Source of the DNA: Felis catus
Taxonomy: Eukaryota
NCBI RefSeq assembly: GCF_018350175.1
Contig: NC_058383.1
Coordinates: forward strand, 11,224,001 to 11,288,000
Length of the DNA stretch: 64,000 nucleotides
Reading direction: 5' to 3'
Shown here: positions 60,826-64,000 of the stretch, piece by piece
Layout of the letters: each line of letters opens with the position of its first letter
Numbering within the stretch: position 1 is the stretch's first letter
The notes under the pieces: model-generated
Seen by the model: only the letters and a program-made list of their open reading frames with translations
Told to the model about the DNA's origin: nothing
Databases searched by the model: none
Made by a program: the position numbers and the translations under genes

Positions 60826-61419
60826 GTTCCTGCTCCCCTAGCTGTTCCTTATCCCAAAGACATTTCTACAAAATGATGTCATTGTCCTTGGGAAGAGGAG
60901 TCTGAATGGGTGATCGGGTGATGCCATGGGCCTTTCTGGGCCCTAAATCGCAGCCCCTGGGGGGAGCCACACGGGGCGGGCAGGGAGGCAGGGAGGCCGA
61001 CCCTGGGTCTGGAGAAGCCTCTCAGCTCCAGCCGCGTATGTTCAACGGGCTTTGTTACCCAGATGGAAAATCTAGCAGGAGAGGATGAACTTGGTGTAAC
61101 CAGCCTCCTTGTCACCATTTCTCTGCGTGTCTGCTCTCCCCTGGGTCCGCCAGCCCCTAGAGAGGAGGGGGGCTGGATGCTGTGGCTCCTGGCCCTCACG
61201 GTGCCCGGCACAGCGCCTGGTGTGCAACAGGGGCTCGGTCAATGTCCCGTGAGTGCAGAGCCTGCTCGGGAGAGCAGGGGTCTCCTTTTTAGTGGAAAGT
61301 GGGGTCCCAGGGAGCAAGAGAGGGACAAGGCAGAGAGGGAGCCGGGAGGGCAGGGCCTGCTTGTGGAGGCGGATGCGGTGGCCGCTGCTGGGGGTGCAGC
61401 ATGGCTGACCCCTGTTCTT

Positions 61420-61632
61420 TTTTAAGTTTACTTATTTATTTTGAGGGAGACAGAGACAGCGCGAGTGGGGGAGGGGCAGAGAGAGCGAGGGAGACAGAGA
61501 ATCCTGAGCAGGCTCTGCGCTGTCAGCATGGAGCCCGATGCGGGGCTCGAACCCACCACGAACCCGGAAGATCGTGACCTGAGCTGAAAGCAAGAGTTGG
61601 GCGCTTAACCGACTGTGCCACCCAGGTGCCCC
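61420..61632 (-). mobile_element. Can-SINE
   Basis: Antisense body ending CACCCAGGTGCCCC. Confidence 0.92.
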
Positions 61633-62354
61633 TGTGGAGGCCTGTTCTTGATGTGGGGTGGGAGGGCTGGGCGGAGGGGACAGGCGTCCCAGCAGCTGTC
61701 GGCTGTTGCTTCTGAGGACAGTCCTTGGGAGAGGAAGGGGAAGCACGTGCCCACTTTTGCCCCACTGGGTGTTAACTACCTCCCTTCCAGGCGCACGTGC
61801 ACGGGAGGATGTGGCAGCGTATTTGGCGATGACTTTCAGTGGCCTGGCGCTCCTGCTCTTGGCTGTGATAGGAAGGTGACGGCATATTCCTGCTGAACTG
61901 TTCGCGCTAATAGGGGTCTCATGGTCACACGCCTCACACTGTGTCGGAACAGATGTTCCAGGCAGGACCCCGCAGGGCCAGCAGGGCCCCCGTTCCAGCC
62001 CGAGGACGCCAGGGCTCTGGGCTGGCAGGGTTCCGGGGCTGAGATCCCTGCCTGCAGAGAAGCAGGCTTGCTCACGCCTGCCCGACCCCCAAGCAGCATC
62101 TGGGGAAGACATCCGGCTCCCCGGAAATCCTTTAGCTTCGCCGGGGAGTTCTCCGTGCCCCGACGTGGTCTCCCTTTTTGTCCGGAAAGCGGCTCCGTGG
62201 GTGGGAGCCATCCCTTTTGAGCTGTGGCTTGGCCACACTGGGAGAACATTGCCCGGGGTCTGTTTCGTTTCCACCAAAGGGAGGGCCCTGATGGCCGGTC
62301 TGGCTTTGGGTGACAGGCACGTCCACGAGTGGGGGACCTGCCTTCTCAGCTGCC

Positions 62355-62586
62355 TTTTTTTTCTTTCAAGTTTATTTACTGTTGGGAGAGAGAGAGAGAG
62401 AGAGATTGAGAGAGAGACCATGAATCAGGGAGGGGCAGAGAGAGAGGAGACAGAGAATCCCAAGCAGGTTCCAAGTAGTTGTCAGCACAGAGCCCGATGC
62501 GGGGCTTGAACTCACAAACTGCGAGATCGTGACCTGAGCTGAAGTCGAGTGGGACGCTTAATTGACTGAGCCACCCGGGCATCCCC
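62355..62586 (-). mobile_element. Can-SINE
   Basis: TCAGCTGC(C)TTTT duplicated on both sides. Confidence 0.92.
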
Positions 62587-63809
62587 TCAGCTGCTTTTGG
62601 GGTGGGGATGGCCTTGTGCGCAGGCTTGCTCAGCACAGTCCCTGTTTCTGGTTTTTGTCCCCGTGTGGGTGATAACCTGATTTGCTTCTCTCCTCTTATA
62701 GAACATTTGACTTTCTTTCTGAGGTCACAACCTTTCCTTTATCCCTGGGGGCGGGTTTGGAAATGCCTTCCCTTAGCCTAGAGATGGACCGGAGAAAAAT
62801 GAGCTAAACGTGTTCGGCTAGAAAAGGAAGCACCTGGTCCCTCTCCTTTCTTTTCGAGATAGGAAAATAACGATTCTAATAAAAATAGTGGACAGTGTTG
62901 ATGGGCACCTCGTGGCCAGGCCCTGTTCTGGACACTGGGGAGCGGGTTCCTCTCGGTCGGGGTCTCAGAGTGGAGTGGGAAACACTGAGAAAAAAGCAGT
63001 GAGGTAGAGAGGCAGGTTGGAGGGGCTGCTGTGGGCACCGAGGCTGGGTGTCTCACTGACCTCAGGAGGGGAGCCCATGGTCCTGCAGGGACCCAGAGGA
63101 ACCAGTGGCTGACAAACAACCTGCTGAAAGATGCTTTCTCTCAGAGCCCAGTGCAAAGTGCTCCCGGAGCTCATGGGGGAAGAGCAATGAACTCACACTG
63201 GGGGTTGGGGGCTTTCTAGAGGAGGGGAGAGGGCATTCCCTGCAGAGGGCGCAGCCTGTGCAAAGGCCCGGTGGTGAGGGCAACGGCTCAGGGTGGTGGG
63301 GCAGCGGGGAGAGGGGATGGGGTGAGAAGCTCAGGACGGGTAACCAGGGTGTGGGGCTGGAGTGTCTTGTGCCCCATGGTGACAGGGTAGCCCCCGTCGG
63401 GAGTGGAGAGGGGTGTGGTGCCGTGAGCTGAGGCCCTGGATGGTGTCCCCGGAGGGTGGACTGAGTTCACGAGGCGTGGGTCCCACCGGGGCAGGCATGG
63501 CGCGGAGGGCTGGCCGAGACTTGGCCGAGTCAGTGCACGGGGGTGTCTCCCACACAGGGCTCGTTTTCTTCATTTAGCGAACATTCGGGAACAGGTGCGT
63601 GTGCCAGACCCGTGGTCCCAGGGGTCTGGGATGAGGGCAGGCTGAGTGTGGGCCCATCTCAGCCCTGCGAGGATCTGCCCCAGAGGCAGCGGAGGTGACT
63701 CGGGGAGGGTGCTGAGCTGGGAGTCAGATGACGGGGTTTGGGGGTTGGACTTAACCGTTTCCTGTCACTCTGTTGGGCTCAGTGTGTCAGGCCTCTTTGG
63801 GCCCTGGTT

Positions 63810-64000
63810 TCTTATTTATGTATTTACTTACTTACTTAGAGAGAGTGCAAGCAGGGGAGGGGCAGTGAGAGAGAGAAAGGGAGAGAGAAAGAGAGGATCC
63901 CAAGCAGGCTCCCGTGCGGTCAGTGCACAGAGCCCGAGGGGGGGCTCGAACTCACGAAACCATGAAATGACCTGAGCCGAAATCAGACGCTTAACTGACT
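63810..64000 (-). mobile_element. Can-SINE, cut by the window end
   Basis: GAGGATCCCAAGCAGGCTCC...GGGGCTCGAACTCACG. Confidence 0.9.

Noticed and set aside
61432..62421. 329-aa - strand ORF
   Set aside because: It starts and ends inside SINEs, has no recognisable domain, and lies in GC-rich DNA where long ORFs arise by chance.

Overview
Mammalian nuclear DNA from a felid (cat family), identified by about 65 Can-SINE copies, several of them near-consensus young SINEC_Fc insertions with intact target-site duplications. The window is GC-rich, repeat-dense and mostly non-coding. It holds old L1/L2/MIR/CR1 fragments, MaLR (MLT1) and ERVL (MLT2) solo LTRs, DNA transposon relics (Tigger1, Tigger2a, MER3, MER58A, MER5A) and microsatellites. 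I cannot recognise any intact known protein-coding gene, and there is no rRNA, tRNA gene or CRISPR array. Most ORFs in the supplied track are artefacts of SINEs or high GC. The non-repeat signal centres on a CpG island at about 54.56-56.12 kb that looks bidirectional. On the + strand there is a candidate two-exon gene (55509-55970 + 56363-56458, 185 aa) behind an RFX X-box and an NRF1 site. On the - strand there is a chain of exon-like segments (about 55.0, 52.7, 49.8, 47.5, 42.7 and 39.9 kb) that may be a decayed multi-exon gene; one peptide resembles, by eye only, a winged-helix N-terminus of the SOWAH/HARE-HTH type. Also notable are a 167-bp tandem duplication built from AT-rich palindromes inside an MLT2 LTR, and ancient repeats that are unusually CpG-rich. 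Repeat family names come from recalled consensus sequences, and repeat boundaries are approximate (about 10-30 bp).
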